DNA of 64,000 bases, from the NCBI RefSeq assembly GCF_000143415.4, contig NW_003314276.1, positions 1,972,107 through 2,036,106 of the forward strand, in the 5' to 3' direction. The stretch's first letter is position 1. Each line of letters begins with the position of its first letter. The stretch is from Selaginella moellendorffii (taxonomy: Eukaryota; Plantae; Lycopodiophyta). Positions 1-10,849 of this stretch are shown here, one piece after another. Position numbers and translations under genes: made by a program. The notes under the pieces are model-generated. The model was not told the origin of the DNA. It did not search any database and worked only from the letters and a program-made list of their open reading frames with translations.

Positions 1-26
1 TTGACCGATTTGTTGCGAGATATAAC

Positions 27-978
27 TTAAAAAGCTGTTCTTCTCTGAGTCCGTGCAGTGCGACGCAAGCAGCGGTGAATACGCGACGGCTTCGCATAGC
101 TTGTTTCAAAAAGAAAAGAAAGAGAGCAAATAAAAAACGGCTTTTCACCTTGATTGTCTCCCCCGCCTCTCAATCCATGCTCCAACAGCTCGACAGTGAT
201 TGCACAGCCAGCGAGCGCGGCGGGGATGCTGCTTCTGCCAAAAACCAAAGAGAAGATCAACGAGCAAGTCATTTAGAGAACCACTGATTACCTGGACAGC
301 GATCGCCCACCAGGAGACCTGCTTTTAAATGATTAGACTGAAAGCTCTTGACAAAGAAGTAAGAGAAATCAATCAGTCAATCCATCCGGGAGCCAGAATT
401 TTTCATCTGATCACTACTTAGCCGTAGGAGCTAGCTCCAAAAGCCGAAGGCCTTAAAGGTAAGCTGTAGTTAGGTGCCATAGCTCAAGCCAAGCCTGTTT
501 GGTATGCTTGCACTGTACCTGGGAAGGAGGACGACGCTGTACATGGTACTGCCTACCTACGAAGCCATGTGAGTGGCATATACGCGTGGCCCCTGCCTGA
601 GAAAGAAGTAACCATCAGTCTATCTCCTAGTTTGTATATAGTTGCTACATGCTATACCTCTATAGAGATGGAAGCTTTCCACCCACCTTTCATTTGTTTG
701 CAAGCCGTTGGACACACCTACTTGTAAATTACTGCCTTTGCGTGCCAGGAAAGGAGACTCTTCAGGAAACCAGAGGAAGGAGGAGTTCCTCCTGGACAAC
801 CAAAGAAAACAATGAAAAAGTTAGCAAGGGCTTAACAAACTCAAGAGCAATGCAAGGCTTCCTTTACCTCGGCAAGTGGTTGAAAGAAGCATCCGGCGAC
901 CAGGTCCAATCCAAGCCGCGGGCCCTATAGTAAGCTGTTAAAGGCCTTTTCAGTGCTCTTAATCGCTCCACCACCATG
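27..978 (-). CDS. Probable multi-exon gene running off the left edge, product unassigned
   Basis: Minus-strand ATG at ~978 (MVVERLRALKRP...) followed by several AG|GT-like donor/acceptor sites and short open segments (e.g. ORF 27..272). No recognisable motif. Confidence 0.25.
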
Positions 979-1235
979 GCGTCGTCGTTTTCAGTGAAGC
1001 TGCACAGAGGAAGTAACCACCGATACAGACACCTGGGCTGAAATTTCTCTCTTTTCTCTGCTTTTTTCTTCTCGGAAACGTTTCCCGTCAGTGATCTCTC
1101 TCGCGGGAGCCATGCTTGCTGTGTCCTGGGAAGCTTTGCAAATGCACGTAGTCACACACAACTGTTTAGTCATTCAAGTATAGACAGGAGCCACACTTAC
1201 TGTACACAACTGAAGCGGGGTCGTAATCCCTGTAA

Positions 1236-2565
1236 CTATGGTAGCATGGGACTACCCGCCTCGCCTAGCTTATAATCAGCCCTCTTTTCGTCTGGAACAA
1301 AAGTCACCGGCACATATTGCTTCTCATTTATTGTGAGACTTAGCACCTCTGGCCGCGAGTAATGACCCACCACATCAAACTCAAACTTGGTCCTGATGAT
1401 CTCTCCCACGTCTGCTTGAAAGTTGATCGCGGTCATTAGTTCCGCATTCAAGCACGCAAGGAAGTGGTGACAACGTACCTAAATCGGCTGATAAAACGGC
1501 TTCGCCTTCGTAGTGTGGTCCCGCAAGAATGTCGCCGGACGGGGATATGATTGCACTACCACCAGCGCAGACCACCTTGTCTGGAGATGGCTCTTCAGCG
1601 AATCCCGCGAATGTGTAGTCTGGGCTTGGAGGATAATCCCTTCTCCGGCAAAACTGGTTGCAGGACAAAACGAAGCATCCGCCCTCGACAGCAATGTGCC
1701 GGATTGTGGCCTGCCAGGTTTCTCTCGAATCAGCTGTTGGTGCACAGTAAAACTCCACACCTGTACACAAAGACGGGTTAGAGCACACTAAGACAATCGG
1801 ACTTCCATTACCTTTAGCATATAATGCTGTTCGCAACAGAGGCATGCGGTTTTCCCAGCAAACAAGACCGCCGACACGGCCAAGCTCGGTTTTGTAAACA
1901 GGCAAAGTGGAGCCGTCACCATAACCAAAGATCAGCCTCTCGGCAGCGGTAGGAACGCACTTACGATGCTTCCCAAGGAAAACACCCTGTGAGTCGAAAA
2001 ATAAAATGCTGCAGTATAGTGTACCACCCGAGCGCTCGATCACGCCCATGACTAAGTTCACTCTAAACTTGGCAGCAGCAGCCGCGAGAAGATCAACCTC
2101 CGGACCTGCGAGAAAAATGATAAGATCCTTTTCCAGAACTTTGGAAGAAAAGAGTCTCTTCTTAGGAGATCTAGTATTGTTTCTCACCTGGGACATCGAT
2201 AGCACACGAGTGATATCGACGAAACTCTTCACGGCCCTGCGAAGATCGATATCCAACAGCAGTGCCAAACGTGGATCCTCGAGGATATCCTCCCAGAAAC
2301 GCCTCTGGAAAGACTACCAGCTGCGATCCCAGCGTCGCGGCCGCGGCGATCAGCTTCTCGGCCTTGGCTGCCACAACAGTGCATCCATTTCATGCGAAAT
2401 ATTCCCAAACCAAAGCGATCGACCAGAAACCTCACCGATCGTTGCAGGAGTGTCGCCGTAAATCGTCGACGCTTGCACGACGCTAGCGCGCACCCAGTTC
2501 GATGCGGGAAATGCCGCCATATCCACTTCCGGCAGCGACGCTGGCACGAGCGCGATCTCCTCCAT
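1236..2565 (-). CDS. NIT4: Nitrilase, NIT4-like (beta-cyanoalanine hydratase/nitrilase); 5 exons: 2565-2436, 2367-2188, 2105-1812, 1760-1479, 1411-1236
   Basis: E-K-C triad motifs FPEAF, KHRK and VCWEN; N-terminal [10 protein letters not shown]; C-terminal [15 protein letters not shown]. Four GT-AG introns (68, 82, 51, 67 nt) restore one continuous frame. Confidence 0.9.
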
Positions 2566-2829
2566 CGCTAGAACCCTAAAAATTCTTGACTAAACCCCTA
2601 GAGCCCTAACATCCCAATGGTAAAAAGTAACGATTAAAAGGTGGCAAGGGCCCGTTAAAATCGCGACGCGAAAACAGAATGTTTGAGTGACAATGCCAAC
2701 TCAAGATAGAAACTGGTACTTAGTCAATGAATCACTGTTTGAAAAACCACCCAGTTCTCTCCAAGAGCCCTAAATTTCCATTTCCATTCTTCCCTCTCGA
2801 TCGACATCACGATTGCGCGATTGCGATCC
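2566..2829. promoter_or_regulatory. Short divergent (bidirectional) promoter between the nitrilase and MADS-box genes
   Basis: Only 264 bp separate the two head-to-head ATGs. Telo-box-like AACCCTAA/AAACCCCTA (2572-2610) and GGGCCC (2648) are present. Confidence 0.45.
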
Positions 2830-3855
2830 ATGGGGCGGTCCAAGATCCCCATTACTTGGATCAAGAACGATGCCTCGCGCCAGGTTACATTCAACAAGCG
2901 CAAGAAGGGGATGAAGAAGAAGGCCGAGGAGCTAGCGATTCTCTGCGGTGTGGATGTCTGCATGATCTGCTATGGCCCCGCGAGCTCCTCGGCCGGGTCA
3001 TCCAGCAAGCAGCCCAATTCCACGCCGGGATCGATCGGCAGCAGCAATCAGCAGCCACAATCCTCCGCGGGATCGTCGTCTTCGTCTTCCTCCTCGCCGC
3101 CTAGCGCGAATCCGTCGCTGGCGGCGGTGCCATTCAGCTGGGGCATGCCGGGGGTGTCGTCGGTGATCAGCAAATTCGAGGGGCTGCCCAAGGAGGAGCG
3201 CGACAAGAAGAAGCTGGACAACACGAGCTTGCTGGAGCAGCAGATCAAGAAGCTCCGCCGGGAGCTCAAGGCGAAGCTGGATCAAAACTGGAAGCTGGAG
3301 CAAGAGAGGGCCTACAACCTTGCATGGGACGATCGCATCGATGGCTACGACCTGGAGGAGCTCAAGCGCCTGGCGGATTGCCTGCTCGACAAGCTCCGGG
3401 GTACGTTCGATCGAATCAGCTGCTTCGAGCAGCAGCAAGACCATCTCGTGATTCCATCCCCATCGATCGATCCCAGCAGCGTTTTGGCGGAGGAGCTCCC
3501 CACCCCCAAATCATTCCTCCCTTTTCTCAATCCCGGCTTTGATTTGCCACCGCCACCCATGAATCCCACAAGTCCTCACATCCACAACCAGGACGATCAC
3601 ATCTATCTCCCTTCCACCACCACTGTTCCGGTGCTAGGATCATTCATCGATCACACAGCTCCATACCACCCTTCGCTGTTTCCACCGCTTGGAATCGACA
3701 TAAACATGATCCCACAGCCCAACAATCCATTGCTACCATGGCACGACCAAAGTATCATCGAGGACAGTAATTCATCGTATCCGTATTATAACGCTGGAGA
3801 TCACGGCGATTGGAATCATCCACACGATGGCGGAGAGCTGGATGAAGTTCCATAG
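2830..3855 (+). CDS. Type I (intronless) MADS-box transcription factor
   Basis: [50 protein letters not shown] is a MADS domain, followed by a Ser-rich insert, a coiled coil and a Pro-rich tail. Single exon, no K-box. Confidence 0.9.
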   Translation: MGRSKIPITWIKNDASRQVTFNKRKKGMKKKAEELAILCGVDVCMICYGPASSSAGSSSKQPNSTPGSIGSSNQQPQSSAGSSSSSSSSPPSANPSLAAVPFSWGMPGVSSVISKFEGLPKEERDKKKLDNTSLLEQQIKKLRRELKAKLDQNWKLEQERAYNLAWDDRIDGYDLEELKRLADCLLDKLRGTFDRISCFEQQQDHLVIPSPSIDPSSVLAEELPTPKSFLPFLNPGFDLPPPPMNPTSPHIHNQDDHIYLPSTTTVPVLGSFIDHTAPYHPSLFPPLGIDINMIPQPNNPLLPWHDQSIIEDSNSSYPYYNAGDHGDWNHPHDGGELDEVP

Positions 3856-3960
3856 CCAAAGTTCAATGGTGGCGAGGGACACCCTTGAGCATCCTTTTTT
3901 ACCCTTGTTCGTTCCAGTGTTCTTCCCCAAAAAGATTGTGAGCAGGCATTTGCTATAGTG

Positions 3961-4551
3961 TCAATGTAAACTATCTTGCTTATTATTCACACAAACAAAG
4001 CCGGGCGATGGCCTTTGATCAGCCAAGCTTCCGGATCGCAGCGGCGATGGAACTCTCCCAGGCTCGGGATCCAGATTGAGATCAAAGGGTAAAGGCGATC
4101 GCTTTGGCTCCTGTTTCACCCTTGGCTTGGAGAAAGGCCGGAACTTCGTCTTGCAGAACTTGCAGAAGTAGCACGGCTGGTTTGCGCTGCCATTGTTGTT
4201 GTAATCGAACCTTGTGTCGGAGGACTGGCACCTTGGGCAATCGAAGTGGATGTGCGCCTCGTTCTTCTGCGCCGGGAAATCCTTCTTCCGGTTTAGCCGC
4301 CCACCGATCGTCCACTGCTTCTTGCAACTCCGGCAGCGGTATCTGGGCTGGAACCCCTTCCCCCTTTGCTTGTTGTTGAAGTACTCGAACTGTGTGTCGT
4401 GAGAGAGGCAATAAGGGCATTGGAAGGCCATCTTGGCGAGGCGCTCCTTGACGATCTGGTGTGTCGCGCTCTCACCGAGTTCCTCCAGGAGTCCGTCCAG
4501 GCAGGATCGCTGGTTGCCGATGACTCGCTCTCGATCGTCATCGTCGGCCAT
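3961..4551 (-). CDS. Dof-like zinc-finger protein with two tandem Dof domains and a DLNxxP EAR motif
   Basis: CPYC-x24-CRSC..WTIGG and CPRC-x21-CKFC, both with TxFxYxNN..QP; LPFDLNLDP near the C-terminus. Start is 4551, or 4605 upstream in frame. Confidence 0.8.
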   Translation of the reverse strand: MADDDDRERVIGNQRSCLDGLLEELGESATHQIVKERLAKMAFQCPYCLSHDTQFEYFNNKQRGKGFQPRYRCRSCKKQWTIGGRLNRKKDFPAQKNEAHIHFDCPRCQSSDTRFDYNNNGSANQPCYFCKFCKTKFRPFSKPRVKQEPKRSPLPFDLNLDPEPGRVPSPLRSGSLADQRPSPGFVCVNNKQDSLH

Positions 4552-4799
4552 GAAGAAGAAACACAGCACCCAAGCGAAAAATACCCTAAAATCCAACTTT
4601 TCCATGACGCATAGAAAGACCTAATTAAACTTGGGGATCCCTCTAATATTAATAGTCGCCAAAGATAAAAAGGAGGCGGAGAAAAAAAAAGGTTAAGGAA
4701 AGGAAAAAGAATTGGGGCATAGGCATCTTTGGTCTAAATCTTTTATGAGCTAAATTAGAAAGGTACTACTAACCTTTTTCTAAAAAATGCACCATATTA

Positions 4800-7700
4800 A
4801 TTTAAAAATCTTTTTCCAATTATGTAGCTAAATATGTTTACTAGCAAACCAAGTAACCAAATAATATTCGTGTTTATACAAATTGATTGGTACTGAAGAT
4901 CATACCTATTGATTTATATTGTGTTGGTTTTACCAATTGCTTTACTCATCCTCTTGAATAACACTCCAAAGCAAATAATTCACTAGCTCGCCACCACCAT
5001 CCAGCTCCAGCAGCAGCAGTGTACCATCATCATCACGGTGATGGAGCTCCTCTGGTTGTTCGCCACCATCACCATGGTGACCACCATGGAGGACGTCACA
5101 ACCACCACCACCACCACCATCGTCCCGACGGTCACAACGCAGCAGTGGCCACACCAACACCCGCAGCAGTAGTTACAGTGGTTCGGAGGACGCCATGGTC
5201 GCTGCTCCAGCTTCTTCTCTGGGTTTAGGCTGCGATCTTGGTGCTGCTCGCGTGCGTTTTGCTCGTGCGATGGATGTTATCTTGAAGCAGCACAGTAATG
5301 CTATCTTTCAGGATCCCGGGTGGCAGATCGAAGTAACGAATCATCTGGAAGTTGTGGTGGATGATTCTCCGACTGAGAAGAAACAGCTGGAAGCTCACAC
5401 TCGTGGTTCGCACAGCAAGGGCACTCTGGATTCTCCTCAAAGTGTCCTGCCAACACTGGCAGTGATGCGTAAGTCAGCACAGTGCATGCGTTGTCACATA
5501 GAAGATTGTGTACAAACAATCTTCAAGGAGATGAAGTTGCAGAGTAAGAAGACAGCATGCTCTTGCTCACGGACGGTGAAGATCACATACAAGGGTCGAC
5601 TGGTGGAAGTCACCAGACTTCGAAGTTATTGCACAGCTGGCTCGGAACATGGACTGGAAAATAGAGCAAGAACCTACCAAGTTTCGATTTGACTGAGCTA
5701 TCCTCTAGAGGTGACGGGGGAGCAGACGTTAATGCACCTCCAAAGGCCAGAGAAGTTGCTTGAGACGAAAGGTTTGAGAAAAGGTAATGTACTACTTTTG
5801 CTCTCTGTTCTTGCAGGCGCTCAAATCTCAACTTCGATGAGAAGAAGCAGTGCAGGGCATAGCGGCCAGATAAGTTTCTCCAGAGTCAAGAGCATCATAA
5901 GCCGGGAATCAAGCAAGTGCAATTGTGACAGTATGGTCGAAGTCTACACTGCGGCTTGCAACACAGGTTGTTCAACAGGATGGGACGAAGAACAAGATAG
6001 GTTGGTCTACCTTGCAAATTGTGAAAACAAAGCCGTATGCATTCGTCGCAAGCAGCCTCGTGCACTGTGGAAGCATCAGAAGTGTTGAGGAGGACAAATA
6101 AACATGACGTTGGTTGCCTGGAACACGATCATCATGGGACATGCACGTCTTCTATCAGATGCAACGAGAACCTGGCCTGCCTCCAAACGCTGAGACTTTG
6201 AATAGAGCAGCAAAACATCGTTTCCTGGGATATGCCAAGAACAACCTTTGCTCTTGAGTGCTACGAGCAAACCGGCAGCCAAACGCTCAGACTTTTCATG
6301 GTGGCGCTCAAGGCACGCAGCGACTTAGCAGAGAAGAGGCTCCACTCACAGATCCGGGAGAGAAATCTGGACGGAATCCACTACACACGTGCTTGCTCAG
6401 TGTGAAGACATGCCTGCCGTTCGAGAAGTTTTCCGCCCCAAGTTCAGAAGTACTCTGGCGTCACTGTCACGATGACACACTTCTTCTTGCACTACTCATT
6501 TGGAGTAACTGGAGAGTAACCTACGAAGCATGATGGCTGAAGGGACTTCGTGGCAAGGCTGAGAAGCTCGCGACACTGTGCAATGTCGAGGTGGGAGTGA
6601 TTGTCATCTGCAATGGTAAAGTTCACCAGAACAGAGGAAACTTGGGTGGCAATGCAATTGATTTCAAGGACATCATCACCAAGTACACCATGCAAGACTT
6701 ATCAGCTCATAGCAATCTTCTTGCACTAACTGAAGAATGCCCTATGAAGCATGATGGTCATAGGTACTATAGTTTTTGACTAATTCATAGCTTTTTTTTT
6801 TGTCTTATAGCCTTCACAAGGTATTTCATTTACGCAATTTTTAGGCCAAGATGGTTAGTTGGAAGTCCCTATCTTTAAGCTGTTTTGAGAAAACTAAAGC
6901 TTGGCAATAAAAAGCCATGAAAGCTTCAAAGATTATCTCCTTACACATGGTAAGGATCTTCTTCTTTGACTTTTTCATCAATGACATGTTATTGTAGAGA
7001 TGGGAATGGACATACAATTTTATTGTGGAGAGGGTATTATAAAGTGTTACTCATGTTGCCTTGGAAGATTACTTTTCATTTAGGTGCTTGGGAATTACGA
7101 GGGAACTCCATCATATCACTGAAGAAATATGCTGTAATCTCATAGATCTGAAGAACTTAATCAAAATGAGAGAAAAGCTTTTCTCAGGAGCTTGTTGGTA
7201 AACTTTGTGAGGAAAGAGTGTGATGCAAGTTTGATGGAGCCGTCAATCAAACCCAAACAACCTGAAAACAAGCAAAAGGATCTTAGCTAGCACACCATGG
7301 TGAAGAGATAAAAATATTTGAGAAAATACTTATCTCATAAATAATTTTCTTGGTTTACTTGATAGTAGTAATAATTTAATTGAGCAATATTGATAAACAT
7401 ATTTATAATTTATAAATCAAGATTATATCAATAGTGGAATAGAAAAGAATATACTAGAAGGAGATTTTATAAATTATAAACATGTTCACAAATTATAAAG
7501 AAAAGATTAATCTAAATGAACAACAACCATTAGATAGTAGAATATCCTAGAATATTCAAGCATCTTCAAGTTTACTTAAGCAAACCAATTATAGATCTAT
7601 GGTGTTTGACTTACACAAGCTTATTCACAAACCTATTTCATTAACTTGTGTACTCATTAATATTTAGAACTTTTTTTCCCAAACTTATATCATTAAACCA

Positions 7701-7890
7701 ATATAAAAACATGGGACTTACATTTTTCCAATATTTTGTTGTATATTAGATGTTATATTCTTCTTTCAACCATGCCCTATACAAATATACAAACTTCATA
7801 ATTACAATTCAACTTCGTTAAATCTTTCCTGATATTTCATATTAGTAGAAGAGAAACAACAATTATATGAAGATTATAAATACTTGGTCA
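4800..7890 (+). repeat. Segmental duplication block X, copy 1 (5'-truncated His/Pro ORF plus decayed coding sequence)
   Basis: Near-identical in reverse complement to 10850-13520 and 24210-27780; shared translations include CMRCH.EDCVQTIFKEM and ACNTGCSTGWDEEQDR. Confidence 0.85.
6490..6720 (+). pseudogene. MADS-box pseudogene fragment
   Basis: Frame reads SNWRVTYEA*WLKGLRGKAEKLATLCNVEVGVIVICNGKVH, matching the MADS core RQVTF..GL.KKA.EL..LC..V..IV, with an in-frame TGA and no MGR start. Confidence 0.65.
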
Positions 7891-8198
7891 AAGGAAGAAA
7901 ATACAATATACTCAAAGGGAATATAGTTAAAAAGTAAATATGAATATCAATCAACAATACCATAATCTCAAGTATATGGTTTTCAGTTAAGAAAGTGATA
8001 TTGTAAATGGGAGAATTCATAATGGAGATTATAGGTAAATTGGTCATGTAAGAAGAAGCTATTTAAATTCTAGAAAATGTTTAAGAAATAATCTTATAAT
8101 TTGTTTAAGCTGTTTTATATTTAGGCGAATTTAAATATTATTATGAGTAGAAGTTGAAGAACCCTAAAAGGTTGGCAAGAGGTTTTACAGAAATTAAG

Positions 8199-9241
8199 TT
8201 AGCATTTTCGACCGCAAGGGCTCCCGAGAGCCTTTCCGGTCGCACAAACCCGGTGGCAGTTCAGGCACTTAAAACCTCCAGTCAACCCCTTGTCAACGCA
8301 CACCACCTCGTCCTCCTCGTCAACGCGGTCGGCAGTAATGTCAACGGGCACGTTGACCACGCCTGGATCGCCCCTGCTGGGGGGCAAGGCGTCCTCGATC
8401 TTGGTGCTGATGATCTTGCTCTTGCGCGACATCTTCCTCACGCAGTGGTGGGCGGCCAGTGCTGTGCTCGATTCAAACGCGAGCTTACAACGGGAGCACT
8501 CGACAACCGCCGCTCCCCCAGTCGATTCAAGACGGCAACCATCCCCTTTACGAGATCCCTAATCTTCAATGGTTGCCACTGCGGCAATGGATCGTCATGG
8601 ATCACAACCTTGGAAGAATTCTCCTCCCCCTCTTCCTCCATGGCCACCTTCTCGACCATCAAAGCTCCCAACTTTTTCTTCTTTTCCTCCTCCTCCCTGG
8701 CCCAGTGCCGGAGATAGACTTGCTCCAGGCTCGTGTCGCTCTCGTAGTCGGGCTCCTCGATCACCTCCTTGATTTTGATCTTCGCGGGGCTGCGCGGAGC
8801 GATAGTGGCGGCGGCCCTCGCGATCCACGACTCCGGATGGCATCGCATGTGTCCCGACAGCCCTTTGATCGATACGAACTCCTTGCCACACTCCGGGCAC
8901 TCGTGATCCTTGCCCTTGCTGCTCAGCTTCTTCTTCTTGATCTGCTCCTCCGCAAACTTGAGGTTCTTCTTAGGATTTGCCCTCAGCGCATACAACCCAT
9001 TGCATCCCCCGGCCCGCTGGACGTCGTCGCCGGAGCTCCGATCGTCATCCTCGCTGTGATCGAGGTCTTGGAACAAGCTCTCCTCGACCAGGCAGTGCCG
9101 GAGCTGGGGATAGGCCTTCTTCCGCTTGGTGCTCCTCACCAGATCCTTTTCATGACGATCCTCACCCACCTGTCCATTCTGCTGCTGCTGCTGCTCATAC
9201 TCATGCTCTTGCTGCACGATCTTCCTCTTCGCCGATCTCAT
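8199..9241 (-). CDS. Plant C2H2 zinc-finger protein (ZAT/EPF-like), probable 50-nt intron 8559-8608
   Basis: LYALRANPKK motif and finger HECPECGKEFVSIKGLSGHMRCH. Removing AAG|GT..ATTAG|GGA joins a second finger VECSRCKLAFESSTALAAHHC and a degenerate third FKCLNCHRVCATGKALGS. Confidence 0.75.
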
Positions 9242-9555
9242 AGCTAGCCACCGATTGATTGATCGATCGCGCAAGAAAAAACCGAAAACCCTTTCCTCTT
9301 ACAACGAATTAGGGCACACTTCCTTTTTCCCGCCACAGCCAACTTGAATGAAAAGGTACTCTCTCTCTCTCTCTCTCTCGTTTGGTTAAAAATTAGAGGC
9401 GAACAAAAATTCTTCTCTATGATCGACTGCATGGTTTGATCTCTCTTGCGAAATTCCAAAGCTTTGCTGCTGTTAGCTTGAAGGGGAGGAAAAAACAAGA
9501 AAAAAAATGGTCACAAAATGGTCACCTTTGGACTAAAGGGAGCCCCTGAATTTTT

Positions 9556-10192
9556 TCACTGCTGCTGCTCCGTGGATCCATCGTTGTGGGAAGAATCAGA
9601 GTTTCCACCGCCGCTGCCACCGTTTCTACAGGGAGCTACCGCTCGCCACTGCTGCTTGTAGCTGGCTTTGAAGATTGCCTGGCAGAACTGCTTGGTTCGA
9701 TCGTCCAGCTCCATCCCCGGGCTCTCCTCCATCTTCTTCTTCTGCTTCTCCAGCTCGTGAACCGCATGGATCACCGGGTTTGGAGCGTTTCCATCCGAAT
9801 CCTTGGCTAACTCCTGGCAAGTAAAGCCAGAAGTTCACAGAAGAACTTTCAACCAAGAACAAGGAAAGAACACTAACCTGGCTCTTGTGTATCAAGCTCT
9901 CGAGGCTCTTGAGCTTGCGGTGAGGCCACCGGGGGATCCCAAACTCGCAGCACCGCTTCTTGAGCACGGTGCAGCTGACTTTGAGCTCCTTGGATGCCTG
10001 AGTGATCGGCATGGTGAAGTAGCGGGAGAGATCTTCGAGGCTTATGTCCATCATCCTCTCGGTTGGGCCGAGGAAGCCACTGCATGTCACCTTGTTGCTC
10101 ACATTGCAAACGGTGACTATAGCACCTGTATTGGTGTTACCATTGCCACTATTGCCACCACCCTTTGTTTCGGTTGAATCCAATTGAGCCTC
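9556..10192 (-). CDS. RWP-RK transcription factor of RKD type, copy 1; intron 9814-9877; 5' exon not located
   Basis: ISLEDLSRYFTMPITQASKELKV..TVLKKRC.EFGIPRWPHRKLKSL. After a 64-nt GT-AG intron comes the RKD C-terminal helix ELEKQKKKMEESPGMELDDRTKQFCQAIFKASYK. No PB1 domain. Confidence 0.85.
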
Positions 10193-10849
10193 CTAACATC
10201 ATAATCAACCAATTCCCAAGTTACAATTGCAAATATTTATTTTAACATTAAAATTTGAAAGTTTTTCATCCTTTGCATAGGATGCTAAACTTTGGATTCA
10301 TCATAATGTTTAAACATGAGGTGAAAAAAATAGACATTGGTATTGTATTAACTTAATATAAATATACTTAAACAATTAGTATAAATACTAATTATTAAAT
10401 ATTGTGATAACACAAAACCTCTCCCACAAAAATTAGACGGTGGTACTTTCAAACAGATGTAAATATTACTTAAATTACATTTTATTTAAATACCTTATTA
10501 ATAAAACTGTTTGCAACTAAAACCTTAATAGAATATTCTTCAGTGTGTCAAAATATTCTTGTCCACTCCCTTGGCTCACTATTTACTAGCTCCTTGTATT
10601 AGCAAATCATTTTATATAGAGCATAATCCTTGATGGTGATAGCTATTTGAAAGAAATGCCATTTTAAATTTCTTTTTAAACACTACTAAACAATATATAC
10701 CAAGTTGGAATAGGACACCAACATTTTATAGTTTCATGAGTAATGAAGCATAAATAAATTGATGAGGTTTTAGAATTCTATATAATGGTGGTATAAACAA
10801 AGTTTTAATTAGCTGAGAGAGGAGTTACTTTTTCCATTTTGCTTGAGCA

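Noticed and set aside
5300-6480. ORFs of 60-165 aa in block X (and copies)
   Set aside because: Frames break differently among the three copies and no domain was recognised; treated as decayed sequence.
8459-9247. Long antisense ORFs over the zinc-finger, MADS, gag-pol and transposase genes
   Set aside because: Shadow ORFs from codon bias; no motifs.
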